From Eledone cirrhosa (lineage: Eukaryota): DNA of 64,000 nt. How positions within the stretch are numbered: the first letter of the stretch is position 1; each line of letters begins with the position of its first letter. Shown one piece after another: positions 42,248-56,637 of the stretch. A program made the position numbers and the translations under genes. The stretch spans positions 50,592,001 to 50,656,000 of the forward strand of contig OZ024745.1 in the NCBI GenBank assembly GCA_964016885.1, given 5' to 3'. Below the pieces are notes generated by a model. It worked only from the letters and a program-made list of their open reading frames with translations, did no database searches and had not been told where the DNA came from.

Positions 42248-42448
42248 TATACACACAGGCGTACATATTATATATGCTGGCTCTTTAAACTACAGATGTA
42301 ACTGAATCACTTTCAGGGTACAATTTTCTTTGAACTGCTCAGCCACTTACACGTTAATTTTATGAGCAGGTTGTTCCGTTGATTGAACAACTATAATGCT
42401 CATAGTCGTAACTGGTGCAGTTCCATTCTATATGTATATATATATGTA

Positions 42449-42566
42449 CAAATGCATGTGTATAGTGAAAAAATGTGTGCGTAAGTACATATATGAGGGC
42501 AAGCATATATGCTTGCCCTCATATATGTACTTACGCACACATTTTTTCACTATACACATGCATTTG
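42449..42566. repeat. 118-bp perfect palindrome
   Basis: Centre gcatatatgc; arms are exact reverse complements. Confidence 0.92.
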
Positions 42567-42921
42567 AACATACACACATATGTACATTTGAGAGTGAATA
42601 TGCACACATTTATACACATACCCTAACTATATTTCCTTATTTTATTTTTATATATCTCTTGCATTACTTTTATTTATATTTTTTTTTTGCCCGTTAAACT
42701 CTTGCCTTTCTTGAGGAGATTTTTCAAATATTTCACTATGTTTTAAATTACCTTGTTCGACGCACGAATGAGGACGTTTTTTTGTATTCGTCTTATTCGG
42801 GAAACCTCTGGTAATGAGGTAATTATATTGTATTGTTTATTATACATTAAATTTAGCTCTGGTACTTACATAGAGCACTCTTCACTCCTATGACTTTTTC
42901 AATTTTCAACGGAAACTTCAA

Positions 42922-42969
<48 letters not shown>

Positions 42970-43351
42970 ACAAGATATATACCTATACATATTTTCCTTT
43001 ATTACCCTGTTCGCAAACTTACTCCTCATCTCCTTACAATGTCTGCGTTTTCTGTCTGTCTTGTTCCATCTTACCATCTCTCTCTCCCTCACTCTCCCCG
43101 CCTCTCTCACCCCACACATACATCAACACACACCCAAACAACCACACAAACACATCAATACAGACACGTACATATGTATATATATATGTATACCCATCCT
43201 CTTACACACACATACTTTCACATACATAAGCACACCATCATAATACAATCCCGTTCTCTTTCTGTTCCCCCACCCCCGCTTCTCTTCGCTGATGGTAGCG
43301 TGGGACTGTAATATTTCTCATGGCCCATTCTTCGCTCTCTCTTTCTCTCTT

Positions 43352-43382
<31 letters not shown>

Positions 43383-43954
43383 CACACACACACTCTCTTT
43401 CTCTCTCTCTCTCACTCTCTCTCTCTTTTCATTTACCTTCAGCAGTGGTTAGCTTCTGTGTTTTTCTTGTCAGGGCCATGGGAAACGACCCTATGCGCAG
43501 AATATGTTTTGTTTGCTCACTTACTCCTCTTCGTTCCTCTCACTAAATACACGTATAACATTCTTTTTGTTTAAATTCTTCTTTCTTTCTTGCTTGCTTC
43601 CTTTTCTTTTTTTACATTCTTTGTTTCTTTCTTTCTTGATCATCATCATCCCCATCATCTTCATCACCATCATCAACATCGTCATCATAATTATCATTAT
43701 TGTCATCATCATTAACATCATCGTTATGGTCATCATCATCGCCGGTGACGTTGTCATCCTCATTATCCAATCCCTTAAAACCCGAGTTCGTGTGCTCTAC
43801 AGTGTAAAAACCATAAGTAAATAACAGATTTGTTTCTGACTGCAGATCGGTGGTGCATTCAGAAAGCTTTTTATTTTTCACAAAAGAGAGCACAGTCGGT
43901 TTTGTGATGTGCGGCGTTTAACTTTCATCTTTTCTGATCTCTTGAGAGATTGTT

Positions 43955-44392
43955 AGGGCGTTAGCCCCGGTGTTTGCATAGCTACGGCTCCCTAAAACCG
44001 TGTTTATTTAGAAATACGAAATTTCTATACATATTGTATAAAGCTATGCTTGAAGCGAAATCTTATTTCTATTCTATTATAAGTTGAGCCAACCTATGCA
44101 GCTTCATATGCAAATGAGATTAATCACCTCATTTACACAGACGAGAAAACTATATATTCTAGACTGTTTTCAAGTCCAGCAGTTGCAAGCGGTGGGAGGG
44201 GCCGTCCTAACGAAGGCCAGTTAAGCCTGAAATGCATAGACGGTTGTCCCCCTTGCTTCTGCTGGGTACCACCAGAGGGCGTTAGCCCATGTGTTTGCAT
44301 AGCTACGGCTTCCTAAAACCGTGTTTCTTTAGAAATACAAAATTTCTAAACATATTTGTATAAAGCTATGCTTGAAGCGAAATCTTATTTCT
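43955..44392 (+). repeat. ~321-bp HHR-containing unit, ~1.35 tandem copies
   Basis: agggcgttagccc..gcgaaatcttatttct occurs at 43955-44070 and 44276-44392. Confidence 0.85.
44201..44244 (+). ncRNA. Minimal hammerhead (core CTAACGA; sister 48060-48103 has CCGACGA)
   Basis: gccgtc-CTAACGA-aggc(cagttaa)gcct-GAA-ATGCAT-A-gacggt; consensus of the two copies is CTGACGA. Confidence 0.7.
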
Positions 44393-44403
44393 CTCTCTCG
44401 CTT

Positions 44404-44437
<34 letters not shown>

Positions 44438-45239
44438 ACACACACACACACACACACACACATATAATATTATATATATATGTGTGTGTGTATATATATA
44501 TAATTGTTTCTACTTTAGGCACAAGGCCAGCAATTACCCAGTACATTACTAAACTATATATAACAGTATATATCAATTGAGAAACTGCTAGTATTTTGTA
44601 CATATATACAGAACAACAAATATGCAAATAAATATACACACTTCAAGATGGTATAATGGCCTACAATTCCTTAGACAGATCTGTCTCTAGAAATTGAAAA
44701 AGGAAACAAACCCTCGATCTAAGTAATCAATATCAGTCACCAATTATCGGTTTTGGCAATAAGCATCCTAAGACCTTAATTTCCGTCATCAATAAGATTT
44801 GGTCTTCAGTATATTTATATCCTAAACTGCAGAAAAATATTATTCATCTACCGAGGGAAGAATTGTTGAAAAGGTCCCCCATTTGGTGTTAAAATAACAT
44901 TTAACGGATATGTGGATATAATATGACAGGCCTTAAGGAGTGTTAGAAAGAGCTCCAAGCAAGTCCCCATTACTGATGACGGAAATCAAGGGTTTAGGTC
45001 ATTATACCATCTTAAAGTATGTATATTTATTTACATATTATTTTTTTCTGTATATATGTACAAAATACTAACAGTATCTTAATTGATATATCCTGAAAAG
45101 AAAACTTATGTATTGTCATAGAGGCCAGCCAGTTTCAAGTTAGATGTGAATATTTATTCTCCAAAATTCGGTGAGGAAAAAAAAAAAAGAATCACGACCA
45201 ATTCTTTCAAAACGTTCTTAGATTATAAATTGACATTCA

Positions 45240-45590
45240 TACCGTTAATCATTGAAGCTGTGTCCTCTTGGGCTACTATCCTAAAGTTAAAACAAAGAAG
45301 GAGAACTCTATTTCCACTGATAAAATAGAATATCACAAGGGTATATTTCAAGGAGATAGTCTCTCTGTGCTGCTATTTATCCTGTCATTAAACCCCTTGT
45401 CCTTTTTGCTCAAATAATGGGAAGGATACATCATTGGCTCACAGGAGGACAGAAATACGAACCTAACCCATAATTTCTTTGTGGGTGACCTGAAACTCTA
45501 TACCAAGAATATAAATGGGATGAAGAAAAATCTTGACCTGGTTACATATGTTCACATATGATCGTAAAGCGAGGAAATACTACAACCCAA
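45240..45590 (+). pseudogene. R4/Dong-type non-LTR RT fragment
   Basis: KGIFQGDSLSVLLFILSLNPLSFLLK*..LTHNFFVGDLKLY; in-frame stop. Confidence 0.75.
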
Positions 45591-45849
45591 TCTAGCTTAG
45601 TTCGGATCTAGCTGTCGGGTCCCGACTCTTTTCCTATTACTCACTCTACTACCCTAAGTATTGAGTACTCTGGTGCCTTATGGTCCACCTGGTATCTTAC
45701 CACACCCCCTTTGTGTGTGTGTATTTATATCTGTGTGCGTGTGTGGAGAGGGTGGTTGTATATCTGTATGTGTATGCCTCCCTCTATATGTGTGTATGTA
45801 GCCATAACATAGTTCTCAGGGAGATTCAGCATAACACATTTGTAGCCCA

Positions 45850-45967
45850 GCTTGAATGGTCACGCTTGGGGATCTAGCTGCATATCAGTTGGAGACGGTT
45901 GCTCTTGACAGGACCCACTGGCAGGAGCGTTTGAGGACTGTGCCCCTGCGACACTCTCAGGAATAAG
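45850..45967 (+). mobile_element. RTE 3' end fragment
   Basis: tggtcacgcttggggatc..ctctcaggaataag matches 10490-10597. Confidence 0.75.
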
Positions 45968-45970
45968 ATG

Positions 45971-46026
<56 letters not shown>

Positions 46027-46427
46027 CATACTTCATCAGGTACTCAGTGATCTAAAAAAAAATTCTATTATCTTACATAAAGTCATTAGTTTTAGTTTTA
46101 ATGATAATAATGATAATAACGATGATGATTTTGATGTCTTTTTAGTTGCAGTGGTAAATATTTAATGTGTACATCTATATACTACTAAAACTCTGTGATT
46201 GTGTGATTGTCTGTGATTTAATACAGCACATAATAGGAAAATACTTTGAAAGGAAGTTGCCCTGAAATGAGAATACAAATGAAATAAAACAAGTTTTGCG
46301 TAAATCAGAGCACGGGTTCCCGAGATACAGGGTTTTTCCGGGTACCTTCATAAATAGAATGAGAGAAAGATAGAGAGAAAGAAATAGTGGTTGTGAGAGA
46401 GTACATTGAAAGAGAGACACGAGTATT

Positions 46428-46498
<71 letters not shown>

Positions 46499-46548
46499 AT
46501 GTATATATATATATATGCAAGAAATCTTGCAGAACGAATTAAAACTAG

Positions 46549-46587
<39 letters not shown>

Positions 46588-46804
46588 AACGAGTAGGACC
46601 CCGACGGCTGAGCTCAAGCCGTTTCGACGGCTAATTCTGGACTATTTAGTCCACACACGCACAATTTAGTCCAGAATTAGCCGTCGAAACGGCTTGAGCT
46701 CAGCCGTCGGGGTCCTACTCGTTCCTATTACCCACTCTACTACCCTAAGCATTGAGTACTTTGGTACGTTATGGTCCATCTGGTTCCTTACCACATTTCC
46801 TTCG

Positions 46805-46889
<85 letters not shown>

Positions 46890-46938
46890 CGTGTTGTGTG
46901 TGTATGTATATATATACACGCGCACACGCACGCGCACG

Positions 46939-47018
<80 letters not shown>

Positions 47019-47411
47019 ATATATATATTTCATTTTTTAATTTCTTTTTGCAAGATTTCTTGCATATATATATATATATATAGTTTAGAATGAAACGTTT
47101 TCGAATAAGAAAAATAAGGGTAGGCGAAGAAGTTATTACAGCTCAAAATATGAGATTTATCTCAGTAATCTACTCGGGAGGCTACATACAATTCTATTTG
47201 CATGAACTCCTTATTTTAGACGTTTAAGTAAACTAATTGAGCAAATATTACATTGAAAAGAAGACAAAATGACTGGAAGAGGTAAAAATATTTCTTCTAT
47301 TTTTTTTGTTCATATAATTAATTAACTAATAACTAATTATATATTTTATGATGTGTAAGAAACGGGCGTTAATTAAAATATAATATAATTAACAGTCTTT
47401 GGTCTTCTTTT

Positions 47412-47458
<47 letters not shown>

Positions 47459-47734
47459 TATATATATATATATATAATTGGTGTTGGATGCTTAAGGCGT
47501 CCGTATGCGGTAGGTCGTATGAGCACTCGATGTCTCATAGAGCAGAGTATGATACCACAGAAAAAAAGAGAATCAGTGTTGCGACGTATGGAATTTATTG
47601 GACATATTACAATCGTTTCTCTGGCGACCAGCTCGAGGCACGATCGATGTGATGATCGAACCTGACTCTGAAAATCGCAAGGTCCTCAGATACGTCTTGA
47701 ATCTATGATGCAGATTTTGCTTCTCTTTTTTTCT

Positions 47735-47796
<62 letters not shown>

Positions 47797-47797
<1 letters not shown>

Positions 47798-48280
47798 ATA
47801 GAAATTTCGTATCCCCAAAGAAGTACGGTTTTAGGAAGCTATGCAAACACCGGGGGGCTAACGCCCTCTGGTGATGTCCAGCAGAAGCAAGGGGGACAAT
47901 TGTCTATGCATTTCAGGCTTTTAGGAAGCCGTAGCTATGCAAACACCGGGGGTTATGCAGCTTCATATGCAAATGAGATTAATCACCTCATTTACACAGA
48001 CGAGAAAACTATATATTCTCGGCTGTCTTCTAGTCCAGCAGTCGCAAGCAGTGGGAGGGACCGTCCCGACGATGGCCAGTCAAGCCTGAAATGCATAGAC
48101 GGTTGTCCCCCTTGCTTCTGCTGGACATCACCAGAGCGTGTTAGCCCCCCCCCCTCCCAGGTGTTTGCATAGCTACGGCTTCCTAAAACCGTATTTCTTT
48201 GGAGATACGAAATTTCTATACATTATATAAATTTCTATATATTGTATAAAGCTATGCTTGAAGCGAAATCATATTTCTTT
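47797..48280. repeat. Second locus of the 321-bp HHR family with inverted 5' segment
   Basis: 47797-47950 is the reverse complement of parts of 48080-48225; forward unit 47953-48280; TA-flanked. Confidence 0.85.
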
Positions 48281-48415
48281 CCTCTTATATATATATATAT
48301 ATTTTTTTTTTCATGCGATGAAATACCAATGATGGTTGGAAAATCACTGACGAAGGACTATTTTTATCATATGCAACCCATGTGCAACCACGCAGTATTC
48401 TTCTTTCTTCTCATG

Positions 48416-48449
<34 letters not shown>

Positions 48450-49600
48450 GTGTGTGTTGTGTTCACGCTTTGATATAAGCCTGAACTGCCCCGGGTCCCA
48501 CCATGGTCTAAATCTGCTTTTGCGCTCGGGTCACGGAATCCGAAGGAAGTGTCTGTCAATATCTGACCCACTTTCTCAACCTTCTTCAATTTTAAGAAGA
48601 GTCTCCCCCCCCCCCCAATATGCAAACAGTCTTGTTCCACCTTGTAAAATTTCTCTCGGAGGCCCTATGCACAGACACATGTGTATATACGCATATATAT
48701 ACACAGGTATAGATATACCTATATACATACATTCATACAGGCATAGCTTACATACATACATACAAACATACATATATACATACATTCATGCACACACGCA
48801 TACACATACACACATGCACACACATACATACACACATACATACTTACACACGAACATACAAATATAGATACATACATACACACAAACATACAAATATACA
48901 TACATTCATACGCACACACATTCATACATACACATACATACATGTATACATACACACACGCACATACATACATACACACATGCATGCATACATACATACA
49001 TACATACATACATACATACATACATACATACATACATACATACATACATACATACATACATACATACATACATGTTCGCACAGCTACACTGACACACACA
49101 TGTCTGTGTCTATTCGAAAGATATTTGCCTGAGTCTCGGCTAACAAGTAATAATTTTCTCTGTTAAAGGTTATGATCTACTTACAAAAGAGAATGTTTTA
49201 ATTTCCTCTTTAACACGACACCGGAATAATGAATATCTTCCTCATGTCTGAAATGCACTAGAAAAGAACAGTTAATATGCTATCATTAATAAAGTATAAA
49301 AATATAAAACACAATAATCACTCTTACTTGAGATAATTAACCTATGTTGCCTGCTTCTCCATTAGTTATTTAAAACGTGGAAAGGCTCATGTTAGCTTTT
49401 TTTATCCCTTTTTTTGATAATGAGACCTTTCATTGTTAGAGGTGATATAATTATATCTCGATAACACTATACGTTGCAAGCATGATAAAACGGATGTAAA
49501 ACGGTGATAATGATAATGATGATATGTATATATATATATATATATAAATCAGGAAAGAAGGTTTACATGGTTTGCTATACAAAAAAGTTTTTAATCACAT

Positions 49601-49707
49601 AGCTTACGTTTGTTTCACTGAACTGGTATGTCTAGAGATCGCTATCCGCCTAATTTTGCGTCACTCGATCGCCAATACAGAATTATAACCAGTCAGATCT
49701 TCGGAGC
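49601..49707 (-). ncRNA. Candidate hammerhead with long stem II insertion (U4C core)
   Basis: Minus strand gct-CCGAAGA-t-ctga-ctggt..accag-t-tcag-t-GAA-AC(aaac)GT-A-agc. Confidence 0.45.
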
Positions 49708-50067
49708 ATGCGAGAATGAAGAAAATACACAGGCAAGAAAATAAAAGAAAATATGGAGTAGTTATGGCATTCAATTAGAACAATAAACAACAACAATTAT
49801 TACAACAATGCTATCAATAAACTATTTAAGGAGACCCTGACATTACTTAGGTGGGGGGTATATAATGTATCTAATGTTACGGCGTGAAAACCAGCTGTCA
49901 TAAGGCAAAAAGTATCGTAGTGTGTATCAATTTTAAATTATAAAGATAAGCTAGTTTTTACAGTCTTTCTCTTCATCTTCAACCGTATACATGAGTGGGA
50001 CCACTGTCAAAGCTCAATAGTTGTAGAGTTAATACAGAGGTTAACGAATTAATATACGCATATATCT

Positions 50068-50126
<59 letters not shown>

Positions 50127-50687
50127 AATATAAATACATATACACATATATGTGTACATAGACACATACATACACACTAATATACACTCGTACAAAAATA
50201 TACATACATGCAAAGAGAAAAGCGTGCTAATTGTAATATGGCAAAAAGAAGGTAAAGTAACATTGTAGTAGTGAAATGAGAAAAACTAGGATCTAGGATC
50301 AAATGATTGCAGCAGCTGAGAAGGAGTAAGATTGTTGGTAGATGAGGTATTTACAGACTATTGTGTGGTATAGACTTGTGAAGGAAATAGTATACTTAAT
50401 GAATATATATTTTTTGTGGGTAGTAGGTATCCTAATTTAAAGCTATGTTATGTTGGTTCGATTCACGGAGGTTTGAATTTTTTGTATAGCAAACCATGTA
50501 AACCTTCTTTCCTGATTTATTATTACTCCAAGTGTTTACAACATAGGAATTACAGCATACCCGCAGCATCACTATGAAAACGCCTTGTTGAGTCAAACCA
50601 AGCCAAGCGTTAATATCATCCACTACCTGGAATACCATAACTGGACTTCACCTAAGTGGACTGCATTTAACTATTATTTGTTAATCC

Positions 50688-50742
<55 letters not shown>

Positions 50743-53700
50743 GGGCCTCGTTAGCCTTAAAAATGTGAGGGGTACAAACCAACATTTGTTGATTCTTAAA
50801 GGAGCATAAATTGCTTATGCTGCCTTTCCCAGACCCTATCACATAAGTAAAGTTTTACGCTAATTAAATTTTATATATTCAAATGAAGTTAAAGAATAAG
50901 CTTTAAAAGAATTTATTATATCAAATAAGCAAAAAATAAAATATAGACGTTTGAAAAAACGTGTGTGTGTGTGGGGGGGGGGGGGGGGGGGGGCTTGTAC
51001 GCTGGTACCCTCCTGAAACAAAACCCTTGTATATATATATATATAATAAGTTGATGAACCCAGCATAGGTATCACTGCTAGGACCGGTTGCATCTCAGCG
51101 TCCTCAATAGGTAATGTTAAATAAACTCCCAGAGTGCACACATAGTTATTTGCTTCAATACAACACACATAAACGGGTGCCTTCAATTGCTCCCGAACTC
51201 GAGTTTCGGCCACACTTAATGCAACAGTAGAGTACAGTGCACCCTCTGTCCGCATATATTATGCAACAATGCACAATCGGCAGATTTGTAATTTATAATT
51301 AGTACAGATTTAAAGTTTAAGCAATGGATTTCTGCTTTCACCCTAAGCGGGATCATCTGAAACAGAAAAAATCATTCTGTAGAGGCAGAACTAAATAAAA
51401 TAAAATAAATTACGATGGAATATTGCCTTTAGAAAATAGGAAGACATAACGGTATTGCGTGAGAATATTCTCTTGAGATTAGCGAAATCTATGCAAGGAG
51501 AATTACGCGAAGTGGGGTGGCTGATGGTGCAGGAATCACTGGCCATTGTCCACGAAAATGCTTTTGCCATTTTGTCTCTGGGGCACAACCGAAAATCCGC
51601 TCTGACTTAGGTGTAGCGTCTGTCACCCTCTCTCCTTCCCCTTCTATGTATGTATGTATGTATGTATGTATGTATGTATGTATGTATGTATGTATGTATG
51701 TGTGTATGTATGTATGTATGTATGTATGTATGTATGTATGTATGTATGTCAGGTCACCAGTTGGTGCTGCTGGTAACATGCATCCCAGTACAACCTGTCC
51801 CATGGTCGGGTCGTTGGCGACTAAACTGGCAACCCCACCAAGGTTTCTTGGTGAGGAGGGTGACTTTGGACATCCTGCAGGACTAAAAACAAAACCTGTC
51901 AAAGGGCAAAGGAGCTCTTAATAGTCAATGGCCATTCAAAATCACCGGGAGAGATGACCCCTTAGCCTTTGTCAAGGCAGAATTCTAGGAGAAGGAAAAC
52001 TCTGATATAACACCTGCAACCCTGATGGTATCCAATGATGTTGACTTTTTGGTAAATATCATCTTGGTTAAGAGAGTGGGACTGGCTTTGTGCAGTGCCT
52101 TTGCTCACTATAAAAGCTTCACGGCACAGGCATTGCTTTATATCTGGAGATCTCTCTGCACTTGTCGTCACATGGTACCAGCACTATGTGTCAATAATTG
52201 TCACAAGTGTGTGTTTGTACCAGAGTTTTTAAGTCGCTGGCTGGACTAAAAAGTCACACTCGTTCAGCGCATCAGTAGGGGTTCTCCTACATGGATATAA
52301 AGTAGTGGCCGTACTCGAAAACGAGTTGGCAGCCACCATGTATGTATGTATGTATGTATGTATGTATGTATGTATGTATGTATGTATGTATGTATGTATG
52401 TATGTATGTATGTATGTATGTATGTATGTATGTATGTATGTATGTGTGTGCAAGACATTTTAGATCATTAGCTGGGCTAAATAGCCACATTCGATCGCAG
52501 CACTGTTAATTGCTATTGTGTGTGTGTATAGATATGTTTATGTGTGTGCGTGTGTGTGTGTATATATATATATATGTATATTATTATTGTTGTTGTTGTC
52601 GTTATTATTATTGTTGTTATTATTATTATTATTGTTATTATTATGTTTTTTTCTCGAGCAATGGCCATACTCGATAACGAGGGGGCAGCCATCATCATTA
52701 TGTATATATGTATGTTCTGGTTTTATATATTTTTTAATTTCTAACACAGAAACAAGGCTATCATAGGAAGTTCGACAAAATCAACTAGGTAATTATGTAT
52801 GTCAGTTTGCATGTGTGTGTGTATATAGGTATGGGTAACATTGCACGTATGGATCTGTATGTTATATGTGTACATATACATATGGTTCTATATCTACATG
52901 TATGTATGTATGTCGGGTCACTGTTGAGTGCTACTGGTACAACCTGTCGCATGATCGGATCGTCGGCGACTAAACCGGCAACCCCACCAAGTTCACTTGG
53001 TGAGGAGGGTGATTCTGGACACCCTGCAGGACAAAACACAAAACCTGACAAAGGCCATCCAAAAGTGTGTAAATATGTATATACACATGTACATATGTAT
53101 GTATATGTATATGTGTATATACATGGGTGCATGTGTATGTATATGCGCGGGGACATAGAAATAGCCGGGCTGGACACCTGATCGCACTTAAACCACTGGG
53201 AATGAAGGACCTTTGTCAGGGCATTCTTCTAGGAGAAGGCAACTCAGGAAACTGGGATAACTCCGATATAAAACCTGCGGCTCAGTAGTTACCGATGATG
53301 TTGATCTTTTCTTCTTTTCGGGTTATAGCTACTGTTTAAAAACTATCTTCACGCACAGGCATTGCACGATGGAATTAATTAATAATTATTAATAATGGTA
53401 TATCGTGCAATGGCCATACTCGATAACGAGGGGGAAGCCATCATTATGTGTGTATGTATGTATGTATGTATGTATGTATGTATGTATGTATGTATGTATG
53501 TATGTATGTATGTATGTATGTATGTTGGTGCTACTGATAACATGTATCCCAGTACAACCTGTCTCATGGTCAGGTCGTTGGCGACTAAACTGGCAACCCC
53601 ACCAAGGTTTCTTGGTGAGGAGGGTAACTTTGGACATCCCGCAGGACTAAAAACAAAACCTGTCAAAGGGCAAAGGAGCTCTTAAGAGTCAATGGCCATC

Positions 53701-54847
53701 CAAAATCACCGGGAGAGATGACCCCTTAGCCTTTGTCAAGGCAGAATTCTAGGAGAAGGAAAACTCTGATATAACACCTGCAACCCTGATGGTATCCAAT
53801 GATGTTGACTTGTTTTTCTTTTTGGTAAATATCATCTTGGTTAAGAGAGTGGGACTGGCTTTGTGCAGTGCCTTTGCTCACTATAAAAGCTTCACGGCAC
53901 AGGCATTGCTTTATATCTGGAGATCTCTCTGCACTTGTCGTCACATGGTACCATGTGCCCAGCACTATGTGTCAATAATTGTCACAAGTGTAGTGTTTGT
54001 ACCAGAGTTTTCAAGTCGCTGGCTGGACTAAAAAGTCACACTCGTTCAGCCCATCGGTAGGGGTTCTCCTACATGGATATAAAGTAGTGGCCGTACTCGA
54101 AAACGAGTTGGCAGCCACCACCATGTATATATGTATGCATGTATGAACGTATATTCCAGATATTAGCTCATTAGTCTCGGTTGACAAATTATCTAGGGGA
54201 TATGAAACTCGTATAAGAAAATCTTCAATATTATATGTATATATATTCTGCGCAGAGGCGTATAAACACCCAGATTTGTTTCTGTACACATACTAAAATC
54301 ATCTGGGGGAAGAAAACTTTAAATGGATTTCAAATGCTTTTCTTCTGATAGTAAACCATCATACATACACGATGAACTTCTAATTCTCTTACTAATACGA
54401 ACGAGCAGAGTGTATTCAATAATATGGTTACATAAATGACGATTGAGTGTGTGTGTGTGTATGTGTGTGTGTGTCTGTGTGACAGATAGAGAGAAAGAGA
54501 ATGAGAAGAAAACGTGCTTACTCCACCAATCAGGGTGGTGGGAACATCAGACGCCAAAGAAGGATTTTAACCTTAAAGTCTATTATTTTGTGAGTGTTGT
54601 GCTGGTTGTGTAGACATTTATATTGTGTGTCTTTTTGCTGTTACTGTTTTTATTATTTTCCTGGTTGCTGTCGTTCTGATTGTTTTTGCTTTGCATCATA
54701 TTAACCCCCCCCCCCCCCACACACACACACAAGCCTGTCGTGGGTAAAACACATCAGTTTTCCACTCAGTATTTTAGTTTGTTATTGAACTTCATTTTAC
54801 TACTTCCGGTGGATATGTCTGACATAATTTCACAGTATTCAGATTTC

Positions 54848-55133
54848 ATTATTATCTAGCACTCAAATCGGAGTTCAAATCCCGCTGAGGTTGACTTTGC
54901 CTTTCATCCTTACGGGGGTCGATAAAATAAAGTACCAGTAATGCACTAGATAATTGCTGGCCTTGTGCCAAACGTAGAAACAATTATTATCTAGCACTCA
55001 AATCTGAGTTCAAATCCCGCCGAGGTTGACTTTGCCTTTCATCCTTACGGGGTCGATAAAATAAAATACCAGTAATGCACTGGGTAATTGCTGGCCTTGT
55101 GCCTAAAGTAGAAACAATTATTATCTAGCACTC
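54848..55133 (+). mobile_element. Tandem pair of truncated SINE S1 with triplicated TSD
   Basis: attattatctagcactc at ~54848, 54983 and 55117. Confidence 0.85.
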
Positions 55134-55776
55134 CAACGCTATCACATAGCCATTCACCGATTATTATATCCGTGTCATGCTACGCTACTCTTGTTTTGTA
55201 CAAAAATATAGATCATCAGGATGTATTTCCAAAGGAATCTTTATGTGGATACACGTCTCATGTTCACCTCAGTTTCGTTTTTAAATTTCACTTTTTTTCA
55301 TAACAAATAAATGATTAGAAACATTACATCACATCTCACTTTTCTGGAAGAAAAGCCTGACTACCAGATTAATTCGGAGAAGAAGCCTTAAGAATAAGTA
55401 AATTTCAGCTTGTCAATTTTGCCCTTTCGAAGACGATAAAATATAGTACGAGTCAAGTACTATAGTCGATTTAATGAATAATGCTCTTCCCCACTCCACC
55501 AGGTTCTGATCTTGTACTTATGTTAGAAACACTAATAGCGCGAGGGAAGTACGTTTTCCCCATACTCATTTAGAGCAAGTTAGAGGTTGGAAATATTAAT
55601 GATATCTGAGGTAGGGATTATGAGGGATGTCTTTCTTCTAATATAGACATTTAGTTCATGATAGGCTTTCTTTTTACGAATGTACTTTTTCGAGTTTGGA
55701 ATCCGATGATCTTGTCCACTAGATGCTTTGTTTATTGTAGGCTTTGTTGTTTTGAGAGTATTATTTACATAGAGGG

Positions 55777-55958
55777 CGGTGGATTGGCAGTATCGGTAGA
55801 GGGTCGGACGCCATGCTTTCCAGCATAGTTACGTCCCTTTACGATCTGAGTTCAAATCCCGCCGAGGTTGACTTTGCCTTTCATCCTTGCGGGGTCGATA
55901 AAATGAAGTACCAGTAATGCACTGGTAAATTGCTGGCCTTGTGCCTAAAGTAGAAACA
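55777..55958 (+). mobile_element. SINE S1 with 17-bp TSD
   Basis: attatttacatagaggg on both sides. Confidence 0.9.
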
Positions 55959-56063
55959 ATTATTTACATAGAGGGTATTCGATGGTTGCTTGCGTTTGTT
56001 CTAGGTGTATCTTCGTTCGGATTTGTGTGTTTGCATATATGTATGCATGTATATATATATATA

Positions 56064-56136
<73 letters not shown>

Positions 56137-56222
56137 AAAAATTGAACGGGAACAAAACAGAGAGGCAGTACGAACAAAGGTTTATTAGTTTCACGCTCTT
56201 GAGAGTGGGGTGGTGGTGGGGA

Positions 56223-56255
56223 ACGACGTTTCGGGCATAAGCCCTTCCTCAGGTG
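56223..56255 (-). ncRNA. Minimal hammerhead core
   Basis: Minus strand ac-CTGAGGA-a-gggc(ttat)gccc-GAA-ACGT-C-gt; stem I weak; AATAAA and (TA)n lie downstream. Confidence 0.6.
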
Positions 56256-56544
56256 AAAAGTGTGTGGGAAGAGAGTTCCAAGGGTGTGTAGGGGAGTGGT
56301 GGAGAGACATATAGAAAAAAGGGGGTGAGAGGAAACGGTACAAATGAAATTAAATATATATATATATGATCAAATTGACAACCGCCACCGACGAATGCAA
56401 GAAAGATCTTCAGAAAGTTAACCAGGATTTTAGAAAAACTTTCCACTTATTAGATCGACATACATAGCAAAATTCTAAAATGGTAAAATTCTAAAATTAA
56501 ATTATTGAATACCAACTACAAGTGAACCAATTCTTTTCCTTTAT

Positions 56545-56637
<93 letters not shown>

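Noticed and set aside
43504-43893. Hydrophobic or acidic ORFs
   Set aside because: Derived from (CAT)n low-complexity repeat
47600-47645. Hammerhead (minus strand ctgg-tcg-ccag-a-GAAAC-gatt-GTA)
   Set aside because: No recognisable CUGANGA and no stem I
51190-51240. Hammerhead (minus strand GAAACTCGAGTT)
   Set aside because: Palindromic stem III-like sequence but no upstream core
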